NCBI RefSeq assembly: GCF_000374165.1 | Contig: NZ_KB893672.1 | Span: forward strand, 115,002 to 179,001 | Direction of reading: 5' to 3' | DNA: 64,000 nt | From: Parafrankia elaeagni | GTDB taxonomy: Bacteria > Actinomycetota > Actinomycetes > Frankiales > Frankiaceae | Shown: positions 1 through 9,900 of the stretch, piece after piece | How positions within the stretch are numbered: position 1 is the first letter of the stretch | How the letters are laid out: the number at the start of each line of letters is the position of its first letter | Made by a program: the position numbers and the translations under genes | Notes under the pieces: model-generated | Seen by the model: the letters and a program-made list of their open reading frames with translations, nothing else | Database searches by the model: none | What the model was told of the DNA's origin: nothing

Positions 1-88
1 TGGTCAGGAAGTCCCAGGCCCGCTGCTTGAGCGACCCGTCGATGTCCAGCCGCCTGCGGAACTGCCGGGACATGGTGATGTTGCTCAT
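1..88 (-). CDS. Partial CDS whose 3' part lies beyond the window; its start overlaps the stop of the upstream helicase gene (ATGA). It is the fourth gene of the coupled DISARM-like operon; product unknown (a DrmC/PLD-like role is possible but cannot be seen in 29 aa).
   Basis: On the minus strand an ATG at 88..86 is preceded by GGAGGAAC (reverse complement of 91..99). The reading frame MSNITMSRQFRRRLDIDGSLKQRAWDFLT continues past position 1. Its start overlaps the TGA of the 2287-aa ORF by 4 nt. Confidence 0.45.
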   Translation of the reverse strand, partial: MSNITMSRQFRRRLDIDGSLKQRAWDFLT

Positions 89-3000
89 CGGGTTCCTCCC
101 GTTGCCAGCAGGGCGGCGACCTGCGCCGGGTCGGGGTCGGCGATCCGCCATCCGTCGCCGGTGAGCTCGGCCCGCAGGTCCGCGTCGACATCCTCGGGGT
201 GCACGAGGACGGCGACCCGCGCGTCCGGCCAGGCGAGGTCGAGCGGGTAGCCGCCGGCTGTCTCGTGGCCCTGCTCGGGCAGCGGCACGCCGGCCTGGGC
301 CAGCCCGCGCAGCAGGTTCTTCTCGGCGTCGTCGAGCGCGTTGAGGACGAGGTCGGCCCACGGCGGCGAGAGAGCATCCGCCCGCGGCCGCACCGCTGTG
401 GTCTCCTCGGCCGTCCCGTCCCGGCCGGCCCCGTCAGCGCCGTCGGCGCTGTCGGCCCCGCGGGTTCCGGTCACGGCCCCGCCGGCCCCGGCCCCGGCCC
501 CGGTCCCGGTCCTGGGCTCGGGCAGCTCCACGGCCGCGGTGCCCGCCGCGTCGCCCGCCTCGGTGCCCGCCGCGTCAGCTGCCTCGATGCCCGGCTGGAC
601 GCCGTCCGCGGCCTGCTCGCCGGCGCACTGCGACAGCGCCAGCGGACGGGCGGTGCGGCCGGCATGGCCGCGGCCCAGATGGCCGAGGATGTTCGACAAC
701 GCCAGCCAGCTCCGCCAGGCCCGCACGCCGGCCTCGCTCGCCAGGCTCTCGTCGCTGTCGTCGAGAACGAGCACGCAGTCGAGGTCGTAGGGCGCACGAG
801 GCCAGCCGGCGGAGGCGACGGCGAGCCCGCCGCGCCGCCAGACCCAGCCCCGCAGGTCACCGGCCGCGGTGTGTTCCGGCGCGTCGTCGGACGGGTCGAG
901 CGCGGCCGCGGCGAGCCCGGCCAGGGCCGAACGGCTCCGGATCGGGGCTGGCCGGGCATCGACCAGCGCGAACGGCAGCCCGTCGGCGAATCTGTGCCAG
1001 GCCTGCGGACGCTGTGGCTCCATCACCCAGTCGAGAAGCTGGGTGACGGCGTCCGCGGTGGCCAGCCCGTCGGAAGCCGAACCCGCCGGGATTCCGCCAG
1101 CACGCGCCCGGACGAGCCGGCGCCGGACGTCGTCGTCGTACCAGGCGGCACCGGCCGCCGTCGCCCGCTCCCCGCGGGCCAGCGCCTCGAAGACCGCGAC
1201 GTCGTCGTCGGTGACCGCCCACACCACATGCCCCGCCTCGCGCAGCGCGGCCCGTTTCGCCGCGTCGTCGGCGATCCGGTTGTGGGCGGGGGTCGCGTGC
1301 CAGGTCCGGCCGTCGGTGAAGATGTAGACGCGCGGCACCTGTGGATCCTCGCAGAGCAGCTCGAAGTCGGGCCGGCAGCCGCTGACCCGGACCTGCGGAC
1401 GCAGCGTCCAGCGCCGGTGGACGGTGCCCGGCACCCCGAACCGCAGCTCCGTCCCGGTGAGCTGCGGGATCTCCCGCACGCTCGCCCCGCGGGCGCGCAG
1501 CGCGTCGGTGAACGTCCGCCGGAACCGCAGTTCCAGCGCACTGTCCAGGGACGGCAGCGGGATGTCGGCGACCGACCGCAGCCCGACCGGTTTCCATCTG
1601 TCGCCGAGCACCTCGGTGAGCATCTGCTCGGCCCGCGCGCGGGACGTCCGTTCGACGAGCCCCGGCGGGCTGAACGGCAGCAGGCACCGGGAGCAGGCCA
1701 GCAGCCCGTCCTCGGCGCACCCGCAGCCGGCGACCACGGCCAGGGCGGCGGTGAGCAGCTCGCGGACCCGGCCCGGCCGGGCCAGGTCGGCGAGGTAGCC
1801 GGTACCGCCGGGGACCCGGTCGTGCAGCAGCAGCGCCGTCCGCTCACTGCCGCCGACCGGCATCCGCACCTCCAGGACGTCGAGGTGATCCGGCGCGCCG
1901 CCGAGCAGCTCACGCAGGCCGAGCAGCAGCGCCGCCCGGAACGACGGCCCGGCGAACTGGTCCAGGGTGAACTGCGGCGGCAGCAGGATCCGCACCCCCT
2001 GGGTGCGCAGCGACCGCCCGAGCGCCAGCTCCCGCCACGGGACGTCGAGGCGGGTGCGGTGCGGGCACCAGGCCCGGTGCCGGGCCTGCTGCGGGTCGCG
2101 CACCCCGAGCTGCGCCGCCGGCACGATCCCGCAGCCGGGGCAGAGCAGGAACAGCGGCGCCCGCACCGCGGTGCCGGCCAGCATCCGCTCCGGCCCCTGC
2201 TCGACGGCGCGCCCCACGTTGACCCAGCGCACCTCCAGCTGGCGGACGTACTCGGCGCCGAACGGGTAGCCGCCGAGATGCCAGGCGTCGCTGATCTGCT
2301 CCGGGTCGACGTCCGCGGCGGCGACGACGGTGAACGGCAGCCGTTCGCGATCGTCGTGCGAGTCGGAGATGGTCGCCGCGTCCCGCGACACCTGCGCGGA
2401 GACCTTCTCCAGCGGCAGCACCGGCAGTGCCTGCCCGGTGTCGGTGATCCCGGCGTCGCCGCAGCGCGGGCAGGTGGCCGGCACCGCCGGCTCGTCGCCC
2501 TGGGAGTGCCGGTGCACCCGCGACCAGCCGCAGGACGGGCAGACCCGCCAGGTCTGCAGCAGCCCGTCGAGGTCGGTGCCGACGCTGACGGCGTCGATCC
2601 GCACGGCTGTCGCCTGGGCGTAGAAGGTGGCGCCGGGCGCCCACTCGGTGAGCGCGAGCGCGCTGCCGCGCTGGTAGCTGCGCGGCTCCTCGTGGTACTC
2701 GTGGGTGTCCTGGTCCATCCACTGCAGGGCGACGTCGAGGGTGACGGTGTCGTCGAGCAGGGTGTAGTTCGGCAGCACCCCGCGTTCCTCCAGCGCGCTG
2801 ACCCAGAACTGGGTGGCCAGCGCCTGCCGCCGGTCGCGCAGGAACCGCAGCTCGGCCTTGGCGAGCCGGTGGGCGGTGACGTCGTCGGCGGTGGCCGTCA
2901 GGCGGTTCGCGGCGACGGCCAGCTCGGGCAGGCTGTCCTGCAGGGCGCCCCGCCGGTGCCCCAGCTCGTCGGCCTCCCGGCGGTACTCGACCGCCGCCCG

Positions 3001-6000
3001 CCGCAGCAGCCTCGCCAGCCCGGAGACCGCCTCGCCCTCGTTCGGCCCGGAGGCTGTGCCCGGTGCCGCGCCGGCCCAGGTGCGCAGGTGGTCGGCGGTG
3101 TCCGGGCGTACGGCGGCGCCGAACAGGGCCAGGAACTCCTCGGTGTACGCCGCCGCGTTCGCCTCGGCGTCGGCGAGCAGATCGCCGAGCCAGGTGCCCG
3201 GCGCCCAGCCCGCCTCGGGGAACACCCCGGCGGCGGTCTGCGGATCCTGGGCGCCGGCGCGGGAACGCCGGTCCACCAGCCAGGCCACGTACTGGCGCTC
3301 CAGGATCTCCACCGCGTCCAGGTAGGTCGCCGGCGGCCGGACATCGCCGTCGATGAGCGCCAGCGGGTCGGCGAGGCGCTGCGTGTCGTGCCCCCGGCCC
3401 TTCACATAGGCCAGGACCAGCGCGTTCCCCGTCAGCCGCCCGGCCCGCCCGACCCGCTGCACATAGGAGGCGACGGTGCGCGGCAGCGACCCGAGCATCA
3501 CCGTCGACAGGTCGCCGATGTCGATGCCCAGCTCCAGCGTCGGCGTCGCCGCCAGCACGTTCGGCACCGCCGGCCCGCCACCCTCGCGGAACTGCCGCTC
3601 CACGTCGAGGCGGACGGCGTCCGGCAGCAGCGAGGTGTGCTCGTGCGCCACCACCCGGCGCATGTCGACGCTGCGGTACAGGTGCCGGTAGTAGTCGTCG
3701 CCGCGCGGGGCCCGGCGCAGGTGACCCGGGCAGGCCTGGCGCAGGCAGGCGGCGTCCGCCAGGTCGTCGACGGTGCGCCGGGTGCCCGGGGTGAGCGTCT
3801 GGCAGACGTCGCAGCGCAGCGCCAGCGCCCCCGCCGCCAGCCCGTCCGGGTCGGCCGCGCTGACCACGACCTGCGCCGGGTCGAGCAGGAAGACCGTCGC
3901 GTTCGTCTCCGTGCGCCGCCGCGACAGCCAGCCCGCGTCGGCCATCTCCTCCAGCAGCGCCCGGGTCACCAGCCCGCCGTCGCGTGCCGTCAACCGCAGC
4001 TGGCGCTGCGCCCAGCGGGCGTACCAGGAGGCCGGCCCGGTGATGCTGTCGAACGTCGCCGTCCGCTCGGACGTCCGCCCCGTCGTCGGGAACGTCGGCG
4101 CCGGCCGGCCCGGCGGGAACGCCGGCAGCCCCTCACCGCGCGCCGCCCGCCGGCCCCCGGTGAGGAACCAGCGGTTCCCGTCATGCTCGACGAACGACTC
4201 CAGCCAGCGATGCCAGATCCCGCCCTGCACCCGGACCCGCTCCAGCACACCCCGCGCCCACGCCACCAGCCGGGCGTCGTCGAGCGCCGCACCGAGAGCC
4301 TCGTCGTTCTCCGCCGACAGCGAATGCTGCTGGCGGGCCCGCGCCACCGCCCGGCCCGCGACCCGGGCCAGCGCCTCGCCGTGGCCGGTGTCGACCTCGG
4401 CGACGGCCGCCCCGGTCAGCTCCAGGGTGCGCCCGGTACGGGCGTTGAGCCCGAACTCCAGCGCCGCGTCGAACGCGAGGCGCCGCTCGACGAACTGCCG
4501 GGCCCGGTTCTGCTCCGGCCTCCCGCCGCCGGGCTGCCAGTAGCCGCGGAACGCCGCCCACTCCGCCAGCGCCGGCGGCACCAGCCGGTAGCGGCGCACC
4601 GGGTCGTCCCCGGCCCGCTCCATCGCCTCCCGGGCCAGGTCGGCGACGGTCAGCGGCCCGCCGTGCTCGATCGTGTCGAACAGCGCCGCCCGCAGGCTCA
4701 GCGCATGCGACCGGGCCTGGACGAACCCCGCCGTGTGCGCCGCGTCCTGCACACTGTCGGTGAACAGCAGCGTCTTCTTCTCCGCGGTGTCCAGATGCGC
4801 CGACCCGAACAGCGCGGACAGCGTCACCGACGTCAGCGTCGACACCCCGCTGCCGAGGAAGCGGATGCCGTCCGGCTGCCGGCACGACGGGCAGGTCTGC
4901 GCCCGCGCCCCGGTGTCGTCATCCCAGGCGGTCAGCACCGGGATGTGGGTGCTCTCGTCCGGCTCCCCGTCGGCCGCCGGCTGCGCCGTGAGAATCAGCG
5001 TCGACGTGTCCAGCCACAGCAGGCCCTCGACGGACGTCGCCCCGCCCCCACTCGCTGCTCCGTCGGCTGTCCCGCCGGCCGTTCCGGCCCCTTCCGCGGT
5101 GTCGGCGTCGGCGGCGTCGGCGGCGTCGGCGGCGTCGGCGGTGCCGGCGGTGCTTGCGTCGGCACCGGCGGTGTCGGCATCGGCGGTGTCGGCATCGGCG
5201 ATCACGGCGGCGGCCTCGCCCGGGGCGTGCAGCAGCGCCCGGAACCGCTGGTCACCGGCCCGCGAGGCCCGCCGGACGGTCGTCTCCGAGGCATCGACCG
5301 CCCGCCCCACCAGGGTGCGCAGCGCCCCCCACCCGGCCCGGCCGCAGTGCCGGCAGTACAACGCCGGCAGGTACAGGTCGAGATCGGCGTGCGCCCCGTC
5401 GTCCGACCAGCGGAACGCCGCGGTGGGCGACACCCGCCGGTCGATCCGGGTCACCTCCCGCACCCACAGCTGCGTGTCCACCCCCAGCAGCCGGCGGCCC
5501 ACCGCCGGCTCGGCGTTAGCCCGCGCCCGCGCCTGGGAGAGCAGCCCGAGGTAGGCCTCGACGACGGCCATCCCATCCGCCCGCCCCGCACTGGTGTCGT
5601 CGGGCAGCATCTCCCTCGCGAGGTCCCGCATCGACGCCGGACGCAGCGCCGCGGCGAGCAGCCCCTCGGTCAGCGGGTGCGCCGCCAGGACGGCGGGAAG
5701 CCGGTCACCGCGGCGCAGCCGGCGGATCTCGGCGGCGGAGAACTCGGCCCCGTCGCCGTCCCGGGCGACCAGCGCGCCGAGCAGCGCGTCGGCGACCTGC
5801 TCCGGGCCCTCCGCAACGGCCGCACGGACAGTCCCGGCGAGCAGCCGGGTGTCCGGCAGCCGCCGGATCGACACATCGGGCGTCGGACGGCTGTGCTCGC
5901 GGCGCCAGTCGTCCGGCGCCATCCGCTGCTCGACCACCACCGCGTCCGCCTCGAACCGGCGGCCGAAGACAGTCTCGGCGAACACCCGCATCGCGGCGAA

Positions 6001-6948
6001 CGCCCCGTCCGCCCCGCCGTCCGCGCGCTCGCCCTCGCCCTCCGGCGCGGTCTCGTCAGTGTTCTCGGCGTCGTCCGGGTCCGCGGCGCTGTCGGCGCTC
6101 CCGGCACCGAGCGTCGCGGAGGTGGCGACCGGCACCACGTCACCCAGCGGCGCACCGGCCCGCGCCACACCCAGCATCGACCCGAGCCGGCGCAGCAGCA
6201 TCGCCACATCGGTGCCCTGCGCACCGTCGTAGGTGTGGAACTCGTCCAGGCACACGTAGGCGAGGGACGCCTGCGCGCCGTCCCACAGGCCGCGGTCGTT
6301 GGCACGCAGCAGCAGATGATCGAGCATCTTGTAGTTCGTCAGCAGGATGTCCGGCGGATCGGAGCGCATCACCTCCCGGGAGGTGATCAGGCCTGCCTGG
6401 CTGACCTGCGTGCGCTGGCCCTGCTGCTCCCCGGTGTAGATCCCGGCGGTCAGCCCGCCCAGGCGCGGGTCACCGGTCAGCATCCCGGCGAGCCGGCCCG
6501 CCTGGTCGTTCGCCAGCGCGTTCATCGGGTAGAGGATCAGCGCCTTCACCCCGCGCTGCCCCTGCCGCCGCATCCGCAGCGCATGATCGATGATCGGGAC
6601 GAGGAACGCCTCCGTCTTGCCCGACCCGGTGCCCGTCGTGACGATCGTCGGCCGCGGCCGCCCGTGCTTCGACGACAGCCGCTCGAACGCCTGCGCCTGA
6701 TGCACATACGGGACGAAGTCCCGCGGCCACCAGTCCAGCGGCTCCGCCCACGCCCCGTCCGCCGGCCGGAACGGCAGCCGCAGCCGGGCATACGGACCGC
6801 GGAAAATACCCTCCTCCGGGTCACCGAGGAACGTCGTCAACGCGGCGCGGACGTCGTCGTCGGTCAGCGCGAACGTGGTCGCCAGATAGTCCGTCAGGGC
6901 ACGGCGCAGGTCAGCCGCCTGCAGCGACGGCAGCAGCGGGGCGGTCAT
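85..6948 (-). CDS. Giant superfamily-2 DExH helicase carrying a DUF1998 (MrfA/YprA-type) Cys4 zinc ribbon, with a C-terminal extension containing two DUF559/Vsr-like (PD-(D/E)xK-like) endonuclease-like modules. DrmA/DrmB-like or Lhr/BrxHI-like.
   Basis: Walker A 'TGTGSGKTEAF'; DExH box 'LDEFHTYDGAQG'; helicase-C-like region 'LELGIDIGDLSTVML...RVGRAGR'. Cys4 cluster 'CPSCGW...CPRCG' typical of DUF1998. 'PDFELLCED..RVYIFTDGRTWH...DDAAKRAALREAGHVVWAVTDDDV' matches the DUF559 endonuclease pattern, and a second degenerate copy 'LDLAWPDARVAVLV...LTGDGWRI' lies at the extreme C-terminus. Low-complexity linker (ADTADADTAG...; PGPGPG). Confidence 0.8.
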   Translation of the reverse strand: MTAPLLPSLQAADLRRALTDYLATTFALTDDDVRAALTTFLGDPEEGIFRGPYARLRLPFRPADGAWAEPLDWWPRDFVPYVHQAQAFERLSSKHGRPRPTIVTTGTGSGKTEAFLVPIIDHALRMRRQGQRGVKALILYPMNALANDQAGRLAGMLTGDPRLGGLTAGIYTGEQQGQRTQVSQAGLITSREVMRSDPPDILLTNYKMLDHLLLRANDRGLWDGAQASLAYVCLDEFHTYDGAQGTDVAMLLRRLGSMLGVARAGAPLGDVVPVATSATLGAGSADSAADPDDAENTDETAPEGEGERADGGADGAFAAMRVFAETVFGRRFEADAVVVEQRMAPDDWRREHSRPTPDVSIRRLPDTRLLAGTVRAAVAEGPEQVADALLGALVARDGDGAEFSAAEIRRLRRGDRLPAVLAAHPLTEGLLAAALRPASMRDLAREMLPDDTSAGRADGMAVVEAYLGLLSQARARANAEPAVGRRLLGVDTQLWVREVTRIDRRVSPTAAFRWSDDGAHADLDLYLPALYCRHCGRAGWGALRTLVGRAVDASETTVRRASRAGDQRFRALLHAPGEAAAVIADADTADADTAGADASTAGTADAADAADAADADTAEGAGTAGGTADGAASGGGATSVEGLLWLDTSTLILTAQPAADGEPDESTHIPVLTAWDDDTGARAQTCPSCRQPDGIRFLGSGVSTLTSVTLSALFGSAHLDTAEKKTLLFTDSVQDAAHTAGFVQARSHALSLRAALFDTIEHGGPLTVADLAREAMERAGDDPVRRYRLVPPALAEWAAFRGYWQPGGGRPEQNRARQFVERRLAFDAALEFGLNARTGRTLELTGAAVAEVDTGHGEALARVAGRAVARARQQHSLSAENDEALGAALDDARLVAWARGVLERVRVQGGIWHRWLESFVEHDGNRWFLTGGRRAARGEGLPAFPPGRPAPTFPTTGRTSERTATFDSITGPASWYARWAQRQLRLTARDGGLVTRALLEEMADAGWLSRRRTETNATVFLLDPAQVVVSAADPDGLAAGALALRCDVCQTLTPGTRRTVDDLADAACLRQACPGHLRRAPRGDDYYRHLYRSVDMRRVVAHEHTSLLPDAVRLDVERQFREGGGPAVPNVLAATPTLELGIDIGDLSTVMLGSLPRTVASYVQRVGRAGRLTGNALVLAYVKGRGHDTQRLADPLALIDGDVRPPATYLDAVEILERQYVAWLVDRRSRAGAQDPQTAAGVFPEAGWAPGTWLGDLLADAEANAAAYTEEFLALFGAAVRPDTADHLRTWAGAAPGTASGPNEGEAVSGLARLLRRAAVEYRREADELGHRRGALQDSLPELAVAANRLTATADDVTAHRLAKAELRFLRDRRQALATQFWVSALEERGVLPNYTLLDDTVTLDVALQWMDQDTHEYHEEPRSYQRGSALALTEWAPGATFYAQATAVRIDAVSVGTDLDGLLQTWRVCPSCGWSRVHRHSQGDEPAVPATCPRCGDAGITDTGQALPVLPLEKVSAQVSRDAATISDSHDDRERLPFTVVAAADVDPEQISDAWHLGGYPFGAEYVRQLEVRWVNVGRAVEQGPERMLAGTAVRAPLFLLCPGCGIVPAAQLGVRDPQQARHRAWCPHRTRLDVPWRELALGRSLRTQGVRILLPPQFTLDQFAGPSFRAALLLGLRELLGGAPDHLDVLEVRMPVGGSERTALLLHDRVPGGTGYLADLARPGRVRELLTAALAVVAGCGCAEDGLLACSRCLLPFSPPGLVERTSRARAEQMLTEVLGDRWKPVGLRSVADIPLPSLDSALELRFRRTFTDALRARGASVREIPQLTGTELRFGVPGTVHRRWTLRPQVRVSGCRPDFELLCEDPQVPRVYIFTDGRTWHATPAHNRIADDAAKRAALREAGHVVWAVTDDDVAVFEALARGERATAAGAAWYDDDVRRRLVRARAGGIPAGSASDGLATADAVTQLLDWVMEPQRPQAWHRFADGLPFALVDARPAPIRSRSALAGLAAAALDPSDDAPEHTAAGDLRGWVWRRGGLAVASAGWPRAPYDLDCVLVLDDSDESLASEAGVRAWRSWLALSNILGHLGRGHAGRTARPLALSQCAGEQAADGVQPGIEAADAAGTEAGDAAGTAAVELPEPRTGTGAGAGAGGAVTGTRGADSADGADGAGRDGTAEETTAVRPRADALSPPWADLVLNALDDAEKNLLRGLAQAGVPLPEQGHETAGGYPLDLAWPDARVAVLVHPEDVDADLRAELTGDGWRIADPDPAQVAALLATGGTR
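5095..5210 (-). repeat. 9-nt tandem repeats (gcggcgtcg)n encoding an Asp/Ala/Thr-rich low-complexity linker inside the helicase gene.
   Basis: gtcggcgtcggcggcgtcggcggcgtcggcggcgtcggcggtgccggcggtg... On the coding strand this gives 'DAADAADAADADTAEGAGTAG'. Confidence 0.7.
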
Positions 6949-9900
6949 CCGGGCAGCTGCCCGTGTGCCTCGGCCTGCGCCTTCTTCGCCTCCCGCTCGG
7001 CGGTCAGTCGGCTGAAGTGCTCGTGCGCGATGCGCAGGTCCGTCTCCCGGTTCACCCCGCTGAACGGCCCGGCATAGTTCCGGTCGGGCCCGTTGAGCGT
7101 GTGGACCCGCTCTCCGGCCGCGGTCGCCTTGTCGAGCTGCTTCGCGAGATCAGCCGGCAGCTGCCGCCCGAACGAGTCGTACCGCGCCTTGCGCTCATAG
7201 TCCTGCAGCACGGGGAACTGTGTCCGGTAAACGGTAACCAGCTCGTCCGCGGTGAGGCCGAGCATCACGGCCACGATTGCGTCGATCTCCACCAACGCCT
7301 GCCGCCGATCCGCCGCCCGCCGCAGCGGAGTCCCCCACTCCCACTCCGCCGAGACCTCCCCGATCTCCGCCCGCTCCCGGTAGGCCACCCCGACCCCAGG
7401 CACCCACCGGTCCTCCCGCCACGCGGGATCCCAGAGCTCCGCCCAGAGCGGCGCGTACGGCCGCACCAGGCAGTTCAACCGCAACGTCCGCAGCACCAAG
7501 TCTGCCTCCAGTGCATGCCCTCGCACATGCGGGAACCGGCGTATCAGCCCCTGATTCACTTCCGAGCCGGCGCATTTGACAAAAAAATCGGTTGTCAGGG
7601 AACACCACGTTCCGACAGCCATAATCAAATCTACTGGGTCGGGTATCGAGAGTGTCAGGACTGTGTTCACGTGGCTAGGTCCGGGAGGGATCAAAGCTGC
7701 GTGCAGGCTTCTGACGGTGGCGGGGTCGGTCATGCGTCGCCAGGCTAGTCGGAAGCTGTCGCTACTCGGACGGCCATTCCACTGCGGATAGGCGGCGTGG
7801 TACTCGGGGGCGGGTTTGGATCGCTGATATGTTGTTCTCGGAACGAAGTTCTCGGAAATCTTTTCCAGATTGATGGATTCGATATCTTGTCTTTTTACGG
7901 AGATCTCGGTAGGTTGCTGAAAAAGTGGTGTTGCGACCGATATATGAGGTCCTTGTAGGATTGTATTTGACCATGTTGCTGGTATGCTCGGGCGGCGCTC
8001 GAACCATCCGCGCTGGCGGTCCGCTGATTCGTGCCACCCCGCGGTCCAGGAGATTTCGAGCCTGCCGAGTCGAGGTGCGTTGGCGAGCTTTGCGAGTACT
8101 GCTGCGCTGGAGGTGTTGACCGGGAACAGCATCCTGGCCTGTTCGTACGATGTCCCTGGTTCGTCGAGAAGATCGGCCCAGGTCTGGAGCGCCTTCCTGT
8201 CGACCTTCGTTATCCGGGCTTGGTGGGGTCGGGTATCCCAATCTCCGTGCTCATCGCGAACGCCTGGCTGTGGGCCCGAACTGTCGTGGGAGAGCGACCG
8301 ATCGATTACCTGAGGTTCGTATAGCCAGCTGGCGTGAAGGAACGTGACATCTCGTGGTGAGCCGTATACGTGTGTGCCGAAGGTGCGCGTATGTTGAATC
8401 TCCGGAAAAAGTTTCCGTTCGTTGCGGTACTGCCAGTGGCGGCGTAGTTGCCGATATGTAGCAAGCCGTAGGCTTGCTGCCCGTGTTTCGGTGAAGTGAG
8501 ATTCTGGATGAATCAGAGATGTTATTCCTCGGGGGTTCATGGATTTCCAGGTGCGGTCCATGAAGCAGCGGTAGAGGTCTGGCTGAAGGCCGTGGAGGAG
8601 CGGTCGTTCGATTGGACTGCCGAGGTGGGCGTTGAGACCAGCCTGCTCGGCGCGTTGGTCGATGTACCAGGTCTCGGCGGCGGGCAGGTGGAAGGTGCGC
8701 TTACGGCGCTCGGTCTTTTCTTGCTCGGCCGCAGTGGGCACGAGACACCACCACGGGTCGTGCTCGGCGAGCACCCCGGCTTCGTCCCAGTCGGGGCGGA
8801 CCCAGGGAGGGTTTCCGACCTGGAGGTCGAAGCCGCCGTGTGTGAAGACCTGGGGGAAGTCGAGTTCCCAGTGGAAGAAGCCTTGGCGGTCGGAGATCTC
8901 CTCCGCCACCCGGAGCCAGGGGATGTCGTGTAGGGCCTCGTCGACGGGTCTTGCGGCGGCGAAGGTGCGGTCGAGTTCTTCGGCGTCGTCGAGGCCGGCC
9001 CACGAAAGGTCGTCGGCGAAGGCGGACTGGCCGTTCTTCTCGTTCCGTCCCGGCTTCGTGGCCTTGCCGAGCAGGGCCTCCAGACCGGTGAGCCATGCGT
9101 CCAGGTCCGGGGCGGGAATCTCAGTGGTCACAGGCCAGGACCACAGGGCGCACCAGGCGTCCATCGCGCGGCGCAGGCGGCGGTAGGCGCTGTTCGGATC
9201 GTTGAGAACCTTCTCGACCTGCTCGCGGGTCACCGGCTCTGTCGACGGTTCCGCGGAACCGTCCGCGCCCCAGACCGGGGTGGTGCGGCGGATACCGGCC
9301 TCGGCGATCTGCAGGCGGCGCCGGGAAAGTTCCCAGAGCACCTCGACCCGCTGAGCCAGGCGTGCCAGCCGGTTCTGCTGCTCCTTGCCCGGGGTGCGCA
9401 GCACGCCGGCCCGCCAGGCCCGCAGCCGCTCGCGTGCCTCAGGTGCGTACGTCTTCGCCTCAGCGGTGTCGACGACCGCGCCCCAGCCCGCCGCCGGCAG
9501 CAGGAAGTGGTGGATACCGGCGCCTACCGGAGGAACTGAGTCGTCCGGCAGCGCTGGGTCGTGCAGGGGGACGTCCGTCGGAACGGTGGTGAGCCATTCC
9601 TTCTTCTTCAGCAGCGCGGGGGCGTAGACGGCGCGGCGGGCGCCGATGAGGCTGTTGCCGCGGCGCAGGTGCAGGCCGAACCAGGGGGCGGCCAGGCCGG
9701 CCTGCATGGTGTCGAGCCACAGGGAGACCTCGGCGAGTTCGACGGCGGTGGCGTTCAGGTCCACCCCGTACACCTGGTGCAGCGCCAGATACGCCTTCAC
9801 CCGCTGCAGCTCGGCCGGGTACTGCTCGGCGGGAATGCGCTCGTCGCGTTCGTCCTGCGCCCGGGCGAGGTAGGCGGCGGCGAGCTGGCGGACGGCCTCG

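Noticed and set aside
199-7077. 2292-aa ORF on the plus strand antisense to the helicase gene.
   Set aside because: The protein is Arg/Pro/Gly-rich junk with no motifs and runs antisense to a gene with clear helicase motifs. This is a typical high-GC frame artefact. The smaller overlapping ORFs at 341–6824 on both strands are artefacts of the same kind.
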